DNA from: an uncultured delta proteobacterium
GTDB lineage: Bacteria; Myxococcota_A; Polyangia; Polyangiales; JAFGIB01
Reading direction: 5' to 3'
DNA length: 64,000 nt
Assembly (NCBI GenBank): GCA_963778655.1
Contig: CAVZVA010000010.1
Coordinates: 1,472,001-1,536,000, forward strand
Both the position numbers and the translations under genes were made by a program. Positions 29,247 to 39,387 of the stretch are shown here, one piece after another (the first letter of the stretch is position 1; every line of letters starts with the position of its first letter). The notes below the pieces were generated by a model. It did not search any database. It had not been told where the DNA came from and saw only the letters and a program-made list of their open reading frames with translations.

Positions 29247-30290
29247 GTGAACATCCTGCAGTTGCCGCTTCGAGGGCGCGCAAGCGAGGCGCGCGTTCCG
29301 TCCACGCCGCCCTTCCCGCTGCAATACCGCACCGTGCACGGCCACAAGCGTGCCTTCGTGCAGGTCGGGCAAGGACCCGTGCTGCTGCTGATCCACGGCA
29401 TCGGCGACTGCTCCGACACCTGGCGCGAGGTGATCCCGAGCTTGGCGCGCGATCACACGGTGATCGCACCCGATCTGCTGGGACACGGCCGCTCCGACAA
29501 ACCGCGCGCCGACTATTCCGTCGCCGCGTACGCCAACGCCATGCGCGATCTACTGAGCGTGCTCGAGATCAACCGCGCCACGGTGGTGGGCCACTCGCTC
29601 GGCGGCGGCGTGGCGATGCAGCTCGCGTATCAGTACCCGGAACGCTGTGAGCGGCTGGTGCTGGTCAGCTCGGGCGGCGTGTGCCCGGAGGTGCATCCGC
29701 TGCTGCGCCTCGCGTCGGCCCCCAATGCCGATCTGTTCCTGCCGCTGATACACGTGCCGGGCGCGCGGCTCGCGACGCGCTGCGCGTTCGCGCTGCTGCG
29801 CGTGATGGGAAGCGACCTGGGCGCCGACAGCGAGCACCTGCTGCACGTCTTCGACGCGTTGCCCGATGCGACCTCGCGGCGCGCCTTCGTGCGCACGCTC
29901 CGCTCGGTCGTCGACTGGCGCGGCCAGGCCATCACCATGCTCGACCGCTGCTACCTGACGCGCGGCATGCCGGCCTTGCTGCTGTGGGGCGCACGTGACG
30001 CCGTCATTCCCTTCCATCACGCTCAGATCGCGCATGCGGCCATGCCCGGCAGCCGGCTCGAGGTGTTCGCGCAGGCCGGCCACTTCCCGCATCTGACCGA
30101 TCCCCCGCGTTTCGTGACGGTGCTGCGCGACTTCCTGCAGCAGACCGCGCCCGCGTCCTACAGCGTCGAGCAATGGCGCGAGGCGTTGCGCGCCGGCCGG
30201 CCCGACGCGCCCCAGGTCAACGGCCTGATCCGCAGCCTGGCGGCGGGGGCGCGCCGTTCGCGCGCGCCCAAGGCGCTGCCGGAGCTCTGA
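29247..30290 (+). CDS. Alpha/beta hydrolase
   Basis: LLIHGIG, DLLGHGRSD, nucleophile GHSLGG, WGARD, GHFPH; GGAGG RBS before GTG. Confidence 0.92.
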   Translation: MNILQLPLRGRASEARVPSTPPFPLQYRTVHGHKRAFVQVGQGPVLLLIHGIGDCSDTWREVIPSLARDHTVIAPDLLGHGRSDKPRADYSVAAYANAMRDLLSVLEINRATVVGHSLGGGVAMQLAYQYPERCERLVLVSSGGVCPEVHPLLRLASAPNADLFLPLIHVPGARLATRCAFALLRVMGSDLGADSEHLLHVFDALPDATSRRAFVRTLRSVVDWRGQAITMLDRCYLTRGMPALLLWGARDAVIPFHHAQIAHAAMPGSRLEVFAQAGHFPHLTDPPRFVTVLRDFLQQTAPASYSVEQWREALRAGRPDAPQVNGLIRSLAAGARRSRAPKALPEL

Positions 30291-30357
30291 TCACCGCGAC
30301 AGAGCGCTGGCCGAAAACGGCCCGGCGTGTACGCTGCCCGCGGAAGGCAGGTGTCGC

Positions 30358-30705
30358 GTGTCAGACGACCCGGGTGTCAGGTGTTGGACATGCTATGGCG
30401 AAGGCGTGACCGCGAGCGAGCTGGGCCCGGCGTGCTGCCCCGACTGCGGCGACCTCGGGCAGCTGCCCTCGCCGCTGGTGCTGACCGAGTGGCGGCTGCG
30501 GTAGCTCGAGCGCGCGTACGAGGCCAAGGGCGGCGAAGCCGGCCGCGACGTGAGCTGGCTGGTCACCGAGGTGCGCCGCGCCCATCACGCGCTGTTGCAG
30601 ATCCTGGCCGCCAGCCAGGACGCGGACGAAGGCGACGCGATGGCGACCAAGATCAAATTCATCGCCAACGACGTGCTGCGCGTGTATCCGCCCAAGCCGG
30701 CGTGA
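30358..30705 (+). pseudogene. Small DnaJ-type zinc-finger protein gene interrupted by an in-frame TAG
   Basis: Manual translation: MSDDPGVRCWTCYGEG..CCPDCGDLG..EWRLR*LERAYEAKGG..ANDVLRVYPPKPA; TAG at 30502-30504. Confidence 0.7.
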
Positions 30706-30845
30706 GACGCGCCCGCACGCGCCCTGTGTACGCGTGACCACGCAGGAAAGTCGCGCTGGCAGGTCCGCATACGACAATTTTGTGCCAGCTTTTTGTTGCT
30801 ATGAAGAAACGGCAGTGAAATCTGCCGCCGTCTACGTGTGCAGAC

Positions 30846-31296
30846 ATGCACGACGCGGACGAGGTGGAGCGCCGCACGCTGGTCATCGTGGGCCACGGCA
30901 TGGTGGCGCACCGCCTGTGCGCTCGAAGCCGGCTTCGAGCGCGGGCACGCCTATGGCAAGGCGGTGCGCACGCTCAAGAGCTGCGTGGGCAGCACCTGGT
31001 GTCGCTACGGCGTGCAGGACTCGGTGGCGTTCGCGATCCGCGTCGAGGAGCGCTACAAGGGCCTGCGCGTGCCGCACAAGCTCAAGTCGGCTGTCAGCGG
31101 CTGCACGCGCGAGTGTGCCGAGGCGCAGAGCAAGGACTTCGGCATCATCGCCACCGAGAAGGGCTGGAACCTCTACGTGTGTGGCAATGGCGGCATGAAG
31201 CCGCGCCACGCCGACTTGCTCGCATCCGATCTCGACGACGACACCTGCATCCGCTACATCGACCGCTTCCTGATGTTCTACATCAGGACCGCCTGA
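30846..31296 (+). pseudogene. nirB: Nitrite reductase large subunit remnant (N-terminal stub joined out of frame to a siroheme/4Fe-4S fragment)
   Basis: 30846-30920 encodes TLVIVGHGMVAHRLC; 30922-31296 encodes GHAYGKAVRTLKSCVGSTWCRYG..SGCTRECAE..GNGG..YIDRFLMFYIRTA*. Confidence 0.88.
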
Positions 31297-31373
31297 CCTA
31301 TGCGGCCTTCGACCCGTTCTCCCGCCAGCCGGCCTACAAGGCCTGCGCGGTGTGGGTCGAGCGGCTGGATTAG
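31293..31373 (+). pseudogene. C-terminal remnant of an assimilatory nitrate reductase-type molybdoenzyme
   Basis: AAFDPFSRQPAYKACAVWVERLD* matches the DPxSxQPxxKxxAV C-terminus of NasA/NarB-type enzymes. Confidence 0.7.
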
Positions 31374-31398
31374 GGGTGCAGGCCGAGCGCGCGCCGGC

Positions 31399-32726
31399 TC
31401 ACAGCGGCGGGGGCACTTGCGCCGGTGGGCCGCCTTCGCCGCAGCTCTGATCGGGGTTCTTCGCAGTGTCCTGAGCGCACACCGTCTGGCAGCCGAGCAA
31501 GATCTCCAGCTTGGCATTGGGATCGGAGCGCACCAGATCGCAGGCCGCGGGGCAAAGCGTGATGCGCGTGGGCGCGCTCGGCATGTCGTAGTACCAGGAG
31601 TTGGTGGTGCCGCAGGCGCTCTCGTCGGAGACCTGACCGAGCGTTCCGGCCATCCCCGTGCTCGGCGTGAACGTGACGTTGACCTTGGCCGGGTCGATCA
31701 TCATGCCCGGGTCGCTCGCCTGCGGCATCGGGAAGTCGCAGGACAGCGCCTGCCCGCGGATCGCGTTGAGCGCGTCCACCAGCTCCTGCTCGGCGCTGGC
31801 ACTGGTGTCGATGAAGATCGCCTGCATGGTGCCGCCGGCCTGCGCCAGCTGGTTCATCTGATCGGTGCTCGAGCCCTCCAGGCCGATCGCGTAGGTCGCC
31901 ACGCCGGTATTGGCCAGCGCGTCGGCCGCCAGCTGCGAGATGTCGTCGAAGTTCTCGTCGCAGCCGTTGGGCATGCCGTCGGTCACGAAGACCACGACCG
32001 TGGTCTCGTCCGGGTGCATGGGCTGGTAGCTGGTCGCCCAGCGCAGCGCGCCGTCGAGCGCGGCGTAGGTAGGCGTGCCGCTGCCGCCGCCCCCGCCGCC
32101 GCCCGGGGCCGAATTCATGACCGCCGTGACCAGCGCGCCTTCCTGGGTGTCGGTCGGCGCGGGATCCGCGGTCAGCTCTCCGATCGGCACCAGCGGCTGC
32201 GAGCAGGCATTCGCGTCGCAGGCGCCGTTGTTTCCGCCCGAGCAGCCGGACGCCGGGTTGTCGTGCGGGAAGAAGCGCAGCGCGACGCGCAGGCCGGCTG
32301 CGTTCGGATCTTGAAAGAACGCGGTCAGCGCGGCGCTGGCGTTCGTCCACTTGTTGTTGTTGTTCATCGAGCCCGAGCGGTCGAACATCACCAACATGTT
32401 GACCGGCTTGAGCTTGGCCTCGGCCATGCCCTGGCCGCACGCGTTGTCCTCGCTAAGCGGCTGATCGGCCGGCGGGCTCGCGTCGACTGGGCCCGCGTCG
32501 AAGAGCATGGTGCTGCCGCCCACGCTGGCGTCCGGGTCGGCGTTGGCGAAGATGTTCGAGCCCGCGTCGCCCGTCCCCGTATCCCCCCCGCACCGGCGGC
32601 GGCCTTGCTGGAGTTGTCCGTGTTGGGCGAGCCTTGCGAATCGCGCTGCGACGAGCTGCTGCATGCCGCCGCGAGCGCGGCGATCGCCAGCACGAGATTC
32701 GAGCCGCGTGTGTTCCCCAAAGCCAT
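31399..32726 (-). pseudogene. vWA-domain lipoprotein, frameshifted at a G7 tract (real lesion or sequencing error)
   Basis: GGAGGT RBS, ATG 32726 and lipobox LAAAC in one frame; MIDAS DRSGSM, TPT and VTDG in ORF 31399..32664; the frames join around C7 at 32583-32589. Confidence 0.8.
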
Positions 32727-33147
32727 CGGATTACCTCCCAGCTGCTACATCATCCCACTCGGTGAATTGGCGTCTCAATCGAAGCCCAGGGCCACGAGCC
32801 GCGCTCGCCTGCGAGGCGTACGGCCGCCCTGCCCGCGTCGTGTTCCTGTGCCGCGTGCTGCGCCCCGTCCATGGTCGCAGCCCACCGCAGGAGTCGCCGT
32901 GGGCTGCGTCGTTTTTCTACCGGGGGACAACATGGGGCCGTCCACCATAGCGCAGCGGGGGAGGCCAAGCAGCGGGGAAGGGGGCGGGGATACAGAAGTC
33001 CTGGGGGGGGTACGGCAGGAGCGCAGCTCGAACCGCCGGGCTGCGGACCGAGCGTCACCGGGAATTCACGCGCTAGCGCGCCCAAGGGCGACGGCCAAGG
33101 TTTCGGTGCTGATCATGACCGGTACCAATGACATGAGCGCCTCTCGC

Positions 33148-33223
33148 GGTGGTGCGGCATCCGCCGCGCCGCTAACTGACCGATCGGCATGGCCGTTCCC
33201 GAATCGTGATCGGTCATTTAGGC
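33148..33223 (+). repeat. 76-bp structured intergenic repeat, copy 1
   Basis: Near-identical to the reverse complement of 50428-50503; internal inverted repeat TGACCGATC..GATCGGTCA. Confidence 0.85.
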
Positions 33224-33313
33224 ACCGGTATGCGATCGCCGGGACCGGCGGCTCACGCGCGGGTGGCGCAGGCTTTCAGGCGCGACGCCGATCGGCAGTA
33301 TACTGTGCGCGCG

Positions 33314-34168
33314 ATGACCGACGGGTCGGTACACGGAACAGAGCAGCCCGGCGTGCGCGCCTCCGGGGTGCGTGCGCCTCGCGCTGCCCGCGCGGGCCTG
33401 CTCCCGTTGCTGTGCGGCCTGCTGTGTTGTGCGGCCTGCTCTCGCCAGCATCCCGCCGAAGCGGGACCGCCGCCTGCGCCAGCGCCCGCCGCAGCCAACC
33501 CGGCGCTGGCCGCGCCGCAGCCAGCTGCCGAGCCACCCATCGCCGCGCAGCCGTGGCAACCGATCCCGTCGGACCAGGCCGTCCAGCGGGCGAACGATGT
33601 CGCGCAGGACGAGGCGCACGGCCACCCTCAGGCCGAGCCCGATCCTGGCGCGGCCGAAGCCGACAAGCCGCCGCGTGACCTCAGCGCCGAGCTCGGCCAG
33701 ATGATGGCAGGCGCGGCCAGCTGTCTGTCGCCGCGCTCGCCCGAGCAGCCCTACGGGCCGCTCTACCTCGATCTCACCGCGCACGTGATGCCGGGTGGCA
33801 GCGTCAGCCGCGGCGAGGTGGGCGGCGGCGAGCTGCAGGGCGAGGAAGGCGCGTGCGTGCAGCGCATGCTGGAAGCGGCGCACTTCGCGCCGCCGATCGA
33901 GAACGCGCCCCTCGCGGTTCACGCCACGCTCAAGCTCGATCCGCCGATCGCGAAGGCGTCGCCGCCCCAGCCGGCGGCCCCGCCCAAACCGACCTACGCC
34001 GCGGGCTACGACCCCGGGGTGGTTCCGACGGCGGACCCCGGCGTGGTGCCGCCGGCCAATCCCGGTGTGATTCCGCCCTCCGACCCGGGCGTAATTCCCA
34101 CCCCCGATCCGCCCGCGGAAGTGATGCCGATTCCGGAACCGATCGCGCCGCCGCCGGAGTCGCCTTGA
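33314..34168 (+). CDS. Pro-rich exported protein with a possible AgmX/PglI C-terminal (TonB-like) domain
   Basis: Hydrophobic segment with Cys; domain AASCL..VMPGGSVSRGEV..ACVQRMLEAAHF; (D/N)PGV(V/I)P repeats at the C-terminus. Confidence 0.65.
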   Translation: MTDGSVHGTEQPGVRASGVRAPRAARAGLLPLLCGLLCCAACSRQHPAEAGPPPAPAPAAANPALAAPQPAAEPPIAAQPWQPIPSDQAVQRANDVAQDEAHGHPQAEPDPGAAEADKPPRDLSAELGQMMAGAASCLSPRSPEQPYGPLYLDLTAHVMPGGSVSRGEVGGGELQGEEGACVQRMLEAAHFAPPIENAPLAVHATLKLDPPIAKASPPQPAAPPKPTYAAGYDPGVVPTADPGVVPPANPGVIPPSDPGVIPTPDPPAEVMPIPEPIAPPPESP

Positions 34169-34216
34169 CCGGCTCAAGCCGCGCGCGTGCCGCCGCGCCG
34201 GGGCGTCGTGCCGTGG

Positions 34217-34531
34217 CTAACGCTTCTTCACCCAACCGGTGCGTCGCGCGTCGAGGCTGATCGGGGCCCGCGCCGAGATGCCGTGGTGAGCGCGAGAATA
34301 GGCCGCTCCGGTGTTCATCGCTTCCTCAGTGAAGGGCCCTTGGGCCGCGTGCTGCAACGGGCCGCCTGGATGCGGGCCCGCCGCTGGGGCGGCTTGGGCA
34401 GCGTCGAGCTCGGGCCGCACGTCCATGTGCGCGAGCACGGTGGTCACCAGCACGAACGCAGCGATCGCCATGCACATGTTCCTGAACCAGTGCCGCGCCA
34501 GGGCCAGCGGGCTCTGATCGGTGGGTTCCAT
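34217..34531 (-). CDS. Small hypothetical protein with one TM segment
   Basis: ORF with ATG preceded by GAGG; hydrophobic MAIAAFVLVTTVLA. Confidence 0.35.
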   Translation of the reverse strand: MEPTDQSPLALARHWFRNMCMAIAAFVLVTTVLAHMDVRPELDAAQAAPAAGPHPGGPLQHAAQGPFTEEAMNTGAAYSRAHHGISARAPISLDARRTGWVKKR

Positions 34532-34538
34532 GGGGGCC

Positions 34539-34649
34539 TCAGCTGCTGGCCGGCGCGCCGCGGTGCGCCGCCTCGCGGACGGTCGCGCCCGCCGGTAGGG
34601 TTGCCGGGTCCTTGGTCATCACGTCGCGCAGAGTCTGTTGCTTGCTCAT
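34539..34649 (-). pseudogene. Truncated CBS-domain gene
   Basis: AAGGAGG RBS, then MSKQQTLRDVMTKDPATLPAGATVREAA (typical CBS start); stops after 36 aa. Confidence 0.65.
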
Positions 34650-34710
34650 CGCCGCCTCCTTGGCTGGGTTGGTCGCGTGCGCGCAGCTCTCGCGGCACGA
34701 CGCAGGTAAA

Positions 34711-34726
34711 TGCATGCGGCATGCCG
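34711..34726 (-). promoter_or_regulatory. Candidate sigma-54 promoter upstream of the CBS remnant
   Basis: Minus strand CGGCATGCCGCATGCA has GG-N10-GC spacing, ~60 bp upstream of the ATG. Confidence 0.4.
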
Positions 34727-34872
34727 AACGCGGGCGCGTGCCGGGCCGCGGCTCGGAGCTCGCGGACGCGCGTGACTCCGGCCGCCGCGAGGCCAAATCG
34801 TCCGATCGAGGCGAAGCGCCACGCCTCGCCATACCGTTGATCCTCCGCAAGCGCAGTCCGGCGTGCGAACCG

Positions 34873-36856
34873 TCAGCCGCCCACGCCGAGCTGCTCGGCG
34901 CGGCTTAGCAGCTCCAGCAGCTCGTGGCGATCGCCGTTCGCGTCGCTGCCGACTGCGGAAGCCGCCAGCTTGCGCACGAGCTGCAGCGAGACGTCCCCGC
35001 GCTGCGCGGAGTTGCGCAACAGCATGCCGAAGCCGGCAACCGCGGCCGCCCAGCGGAAGTCGTCCGAGCTCTGCTCGACGGCGTGGCCGCCGTCTACCGC
35101 GGTGCGGCTGAGCAGCGCGCTGTGCGGGTCGTCGGGCCGCTTGTAGCGCAGCCTGAGGGTCAGCAGCTCGGGGCTATCCGCGGCCGCGGTGGGCTGGCGT
35201 TGCGCCTGGTACTTCAGCGGATCGACCTCGGTCGACCCGGGCGCCTTGCCGTCCGCCAGCTGCACCTCGTAGAGCGCGGTGACGGTGTGCCCCGCGCCCA
35301 TGTCGCCCGCGTCCTTCTTGTCGTCGTTGAAGTCGCGGTCGGCCAGCACGCGATCCTCGTAGCCGATCAAACGGTAGCTCTTCACGCGCTTGGGGTTCCA
35401 CTCGACCTGCAGCTTGACGTCCTTGGCCACGGTGTAGAGCGTGCTGCCCGACTCGCGCACCAGGACCTTGCGCGCCTCGGCCAGCGAATCGATGTATGCG
35501 TAGTGGCCGTTGCCCTTGTCGGCCAGCATCTCCATGGTCGAGTCCTTCAGGTTGCCGGTACCGAAGCCGAGCACGGTCAGAAACACGCCGCTGTCCCGCT
35601 TGTGCTCGATCAGTCGTACCAGCCCGCCCTGGCTGGTGACGCCGACGTTGAAGTCGCCGTCGGTCGCCAGGATCACGCGATTGATCCCGCCGCGCACGAA
35701 GTGCTGCTGCGCCACCCGATAGGCCAGCTCGATGCCGTCGGCGCCGTTGGTCGAGCCGCCGGCCTCGAGCGCGTCGAGCACGCCCAGGATGCGGCCGTGC
35801 TGGTCTCCAGGCGTGCTCTCGAGCACGAGCCCGCTGGCGCCCGCGTACACCACGATCGCGATGCGATCCTGCGGCCGCAGGCGCGGCGCGAGCAGCGAGA
35901 GCCCGCGCTTGAGCAGCGGCAGCTTGTCCGGGGTCTGCATCGAGCCCGAGACGTCGATCAGGAACACGAGGTTGCGCGCCGGCACGGCGGCTTCGGCCAC
36001 CTCGCGCGCGCGCAGCCCGATCTGCACCAGGCGGTGCCCCGGGTTCCACGGCGCCGAGGCAACCTCGGTGGAGACGGCGAAGGGCGCGTCGCCCAGCGGG
36101 GTCGGGTAGCCGTAGCGGAAGTAGTTGATCATTTCCTCGATGCGCACGGCGTCGATCGGAGGACGCTGGCCGTCGCGCAGGAAGCGCCGTACGTTGCTGT
36201 ACGATGCGGTGTCGACGTCGATCGAGAAGGTCGACAACGGGCTGTCGGCAACCAGCTGGAATGGGTTGTCGGCATTGTGCGCGTAGGCTTCGGTGTTGAA
36301 TTGCGGCGGCGGGGGCGCAGCGGCGAGCGCGACCCGCGGGGCGGCAGCGGCTCGTTTCGCGAAGCCACCTGCGCCGCTGCCGTATCCGGCGCTGCCCAGC
36401 GCGCTGCTCGTACGTGCGGCGTGCGCAGAGCCGGCGCGCGCGCTCGCCATCACGCCTTCCAGCGCGGCTTCGTCGTACGCACGTGCGGGCGCCGCGGCGG
36501 AATCGCGGCGTGGCGACTTGTCGGCGGGCGCCGGCTTGGCTTCCGGCGCTTCAGGCTCCTCGGCGAGCTCCAAATTGGGGTTCGTCCTCGGCAGCCGAAT
36601 GGTCGCTCGCGGGCGGCGAGGCCGCGGGCAGCGCCGACGAGGCGGGCGCTGCCGGCGCGCTGACCTGCGTCGCGGGCGTCCCCGCCTGCGGCGCGAGCGC
36701 GATCTTCACTGGGCCGCGCTGCGGCTCGGGTTGCGGTCCTTCTCCGGCGTGGCCACAGCCCAGCGCGGCCAACAGCATGCAGAGCGCGACTGGTGTCGTC
36801 GCGACGGTGGTAAGCGTGCGCACACCTCGGCGCCGCTCGGTTGAACGCTCGAGCAT
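34873..36856 (-). pseudogene. YfbK-like vWA/DUF3520 lipoprotein with a frameshift near 36575 (real lesion or sequencing error)
   Basis: STFSIDVDTASYSNVRRFL, VRIEEMINYF, DVSGSM, LATDGDFNVG, YRLIGYE. The GGAGG RBS, ATG 36856 and lipobox LAALGC lie in a different frame. Confidence 0.85.
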
Positions 36857-37015
36857 GAGAATCCTCCCTGTGATGGGGTCGCGGGCCCTTGTCTGCCCGG
36901 GCGCCGCGACCGTCGTGAGCAGATAGACGCACCGCGCGCGCGAAAGTTCCGTCTCGCCGCCGCGGCCCACGCGCATGCAGGTGACGTGGCGCGCAGGCGC
37001 TGCTACACCTGCGCC

Positions 37016-37753
37016 ATGCGCACGCTACGGTTCCCAGTCCTCATCCTGCCGTGGACGGTCCTGCTGCTGCTCGGCTGCAACAAGTCCTCGGCCGCGTCGA
37101 GCAATCCGCCCCCCGCCGCCCCGCCGCTGCAGCCGCCGAGCGTGCCGGGCGCACCGGCCCTTCCGCCCGGCCATCCACCGATCGGGTCTGCGGACTCCAT
37201 GCAAGGCGGGCTGCCGCCGGGGCATCCCGCGATCGGGCCGCAGCCCGGACAGGCGCAAGGCGCCGCGGACCTGAGCGCGCCGGCCAGCGCCGGCGGTCTG
37301 AGCTGGACCGCGGCCGTGCCCCTCGAGCGCCGCGCGCCCAAGAGCTCCATGCGCGCGGCCGAGTACGGCGTGCAGGGCGACGCGCAAACCGAGCTGAGCG
37401 TGTTCTACTTCGGCCAAGGTCAGGGCGGCGCAGTCGACGACAACATCGCGCGCTGGCTTGGCCAGATCAGCCAGCCCGACGGCAGCGATACGGCCAAGCA
37501 CGCCAAGCGCGCGGACAAGAAGGTCCACGGCGTGCCCGTAACCACGATCGAGGTCGAGGGCACGTACTCCGGGGGCATGGGCGCGGCCGGTCCGATCGAG
37601 CACGCCGCGCTGCTCGGCGCGATCGCCAGCGGTGCGCAGGGGCCGGTGTTCTTCAAGCTGGTCGGACCCGCGAAGGCGATCGCACGCGCGCGCGCAAGCT
37701 TCGCGGCGCTGGTCGACTCCGTGCACCCGGTCGCCGCGGGCAAACCGCAGTAG
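37016..37753 (+). CDS. Hypothetical lipoprotein with two LPPGHP motifs
   Basis: Lipobox LLLGC; LPPGHPPI and LPPGHPAI; globular domain SMRAAEY..FYFGQGQGG..NIARWLGQ..FFKLVGP. Confidence 0.8.
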   Translation: MRTLRFPVLILPWTVLLLLGCNKSSAASSNPPPAAPPLQPPSVPGAPALPPGHPPIGSADSMQGGLPPGHPAIGPQPGQAQGAADLSAPASAGGLSWTAAVPLERRAPKSSMRAAEYGVQGDAQTELSVFYFGQGQGGAVDDNIARWLGQISQPDGSDTAKHAKRADKKVHGVPVTTIEVEGTYSGGMGAAGPIEHAALLGAIASGAQGPVFFKLVGPAKAIARARASFAALVDSVHPVAAGKPQ

Positions 37754-38176
37754 CCTGCGCCGGACAGCGCGCTGCGCCTGAGCCGCTGCACGGGAATGTC
37801 TGCAGGCTTGACGTGTTCACACAGTAGCTCCACGAGCTTGTCAGCACGCGCAAGGCGGCCGGCGTGCAGAAATCCACGTGCGCTGAGATCGACCGTCGAC
37901 CCTGCGTGCGCCCGGCTGGGTGCAGCGGCTCGCCGGCAGCCCCGCGCTCGCGACATGTCGCAACCGGCGAGCTGCGCACTGCGTAGGAGCAGCACGCCGG
38001 CCTCTCCGCGTGCTCGATCAGGATCAAAAGGTCAGCGCCCGCGAACGGAGTCGATGATTCGTCATGCAGGTTTTCTTGTCGCTGCCTGCACGGAGGATAC
38101 CTACAGAAGTCCAACCACGAGAGATTGGGAGCAGTAGTGTTAGGCGCGACGCCTGGAAGGAATACCGAGGTTCACC

Positions 38177-39265
38177 ATGGGCCAAGACGCGAACGCCTTG
38201 ATTTCGGAACATTCCGTGGCGAATTTCGCCGTCCACCCGGGCTTCCAGCGCAACGGGGCTGGGACGAGCCGCATGACGCTGCCTCTGCATCCCGTCAAAG
38301 GCCACGGCTCCGAAGAGTTGATCGGCGGCATCGTCGGCTCGAGCTTGCCGATGCGTCGCATGGTGCGCGTGCTACGTAAGATCGCGGACTGTGCTGCGCC
38401 CGTGTTCATCGCGGGCGAGAGTGGCACCGGCAAGGAGCTGGTCGCTCGCGCGATCCACGGGGCCAGCGCGCGCAGCGAGGGGCCCTTCGTGGCGGTCAAC
38501 TGCGCCGCGCTTTCGGCCAACCTGCTCGAAAGCGAGCTATTCGGGCACGTTCGTGGAGCCTTCACCGACGCCAGGGCCGATCACAAGGGTCTGTTCGTGC
38601 AGGCCTCCGGCGGCACGCTGTTTCTCGACGAGATCGGCGAGCTGCCTGCCGAGCTTCAACCCAAGCTCTTGCGTGTGCTGCAGGACCACCGCGTGCGCCC
38701 GGTGGGAGGCACGGTGGAGCGTGAGGTCGACGTGCGCGTGGTCTCCGCGACCAACCGCGACCTCGAACGCGAGGTCGCCGATCATCGTTTCAGGCAGGAC
38801 CTATTCTACCGCGTGAACGTGATTCAGCTGCAAATGCCGCGCCTGTGCGATCGCGGCGGCGATATCCTGGTGCTGGCCCGGCACTTCCTGTCGTGCATCG
38901 CGGAGCGCGAAGGCCAGCCGATCTGCACGCTCGCGCCCGAGGCGGCGGCGAAGCTGCTCGAATACGACTGGCCAGGCAACGTGCGAGAGCTCGACAACGC
39001 GATGGAACGCGCCGCAGCGCTCGCGCGCGGCGGTCGCGTGGAGCTCGCCGACCTGCCCGAGCGCATACGCGAGCACCACGGGCAGGTGGCGGACGTCGCG
39101 GAAGCTCCGCTCGATCCGATGCCCACGCTCGGCCAGGTCGAGCGGCGCTACGTCCGGCGCGTGCTCAACGCGACCGCTGGCAACAAGACCCAGGCCGCGG
39201 GCATCCTCGGAATCAACCGGCGCACGCTGTACCGCATGCTGGAGCGTTTCGACCGCCAGAGCTGA
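38177..39265 (+). CDS. Sigma-54 enhancer-binding protein (AAA+ and Fis HTH) without a receiver domain
   Basis: [57 protein letters not shown]. Confidence 0.93.
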   Translation: MGQDANALISEHSVANFAVHPGFQRNGAGTSRMTLPLHPVKGHGSEELIGGIVGSSLPMRRMVRVLRKIADCAAPVFIAGESGTGKELVARAIHGASARSEGPFVAVNCAALSANLLESELFGHVRGAFTDARADHKGLFVQASGGTLFLDEIGELPAELQPKLLRVLQDHRVRPVGGTVEREVDVRVVSATNRDLEREVADHRFRQDLFYRVNVIQLQMPRLCDRGGDILVLARHFLSCIAEREGQPICTLAPEAAAKLLEYDWPGNVRELDNAMERAAALARGGRVELADLPERIREHHGQVADVAEAPLDPMPTLGQVERRYVRRVLNATAGNKTQAAGILGINRRTLYRMLERFDRQS

Positions 39266-39387
39266 GCGGCTCCGGCCGACGCCGAAGAGACCACCGCGGT
39301 GCGGCCGCGTCCGCCGAAGACGCCCGGCGGCCTCTCTGGCGGCAAACGCTGGCGCCTGTGACGGGGCGCGCCGGCTGGCCACTCGGC

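Noticed and set aside
30502..30504. Pyrrolysine or genetic-code reassignment of TAG
   Set aside because: TAG ends several intact genes in the window and no pyl genes are visible; nonsense mutation or sequencing error is simpler.
30770..30792. TGGCAC on the minus strand as a sigma-54 promoter
   Set aside because: No GC at the -12 position, and it points away from the nirB remnant.
31300..33678. 792-aa plus-strand ORF
   Set aside because: Shadow of the vWA gene plus intergenic sequence; no motifs.
37754..38176. Possible lost receiver domain or small ORFs upstream of the sigma-54 activator
   Set aside because: No receiver-like motifs or convincing coding pattern found in the frames examined.
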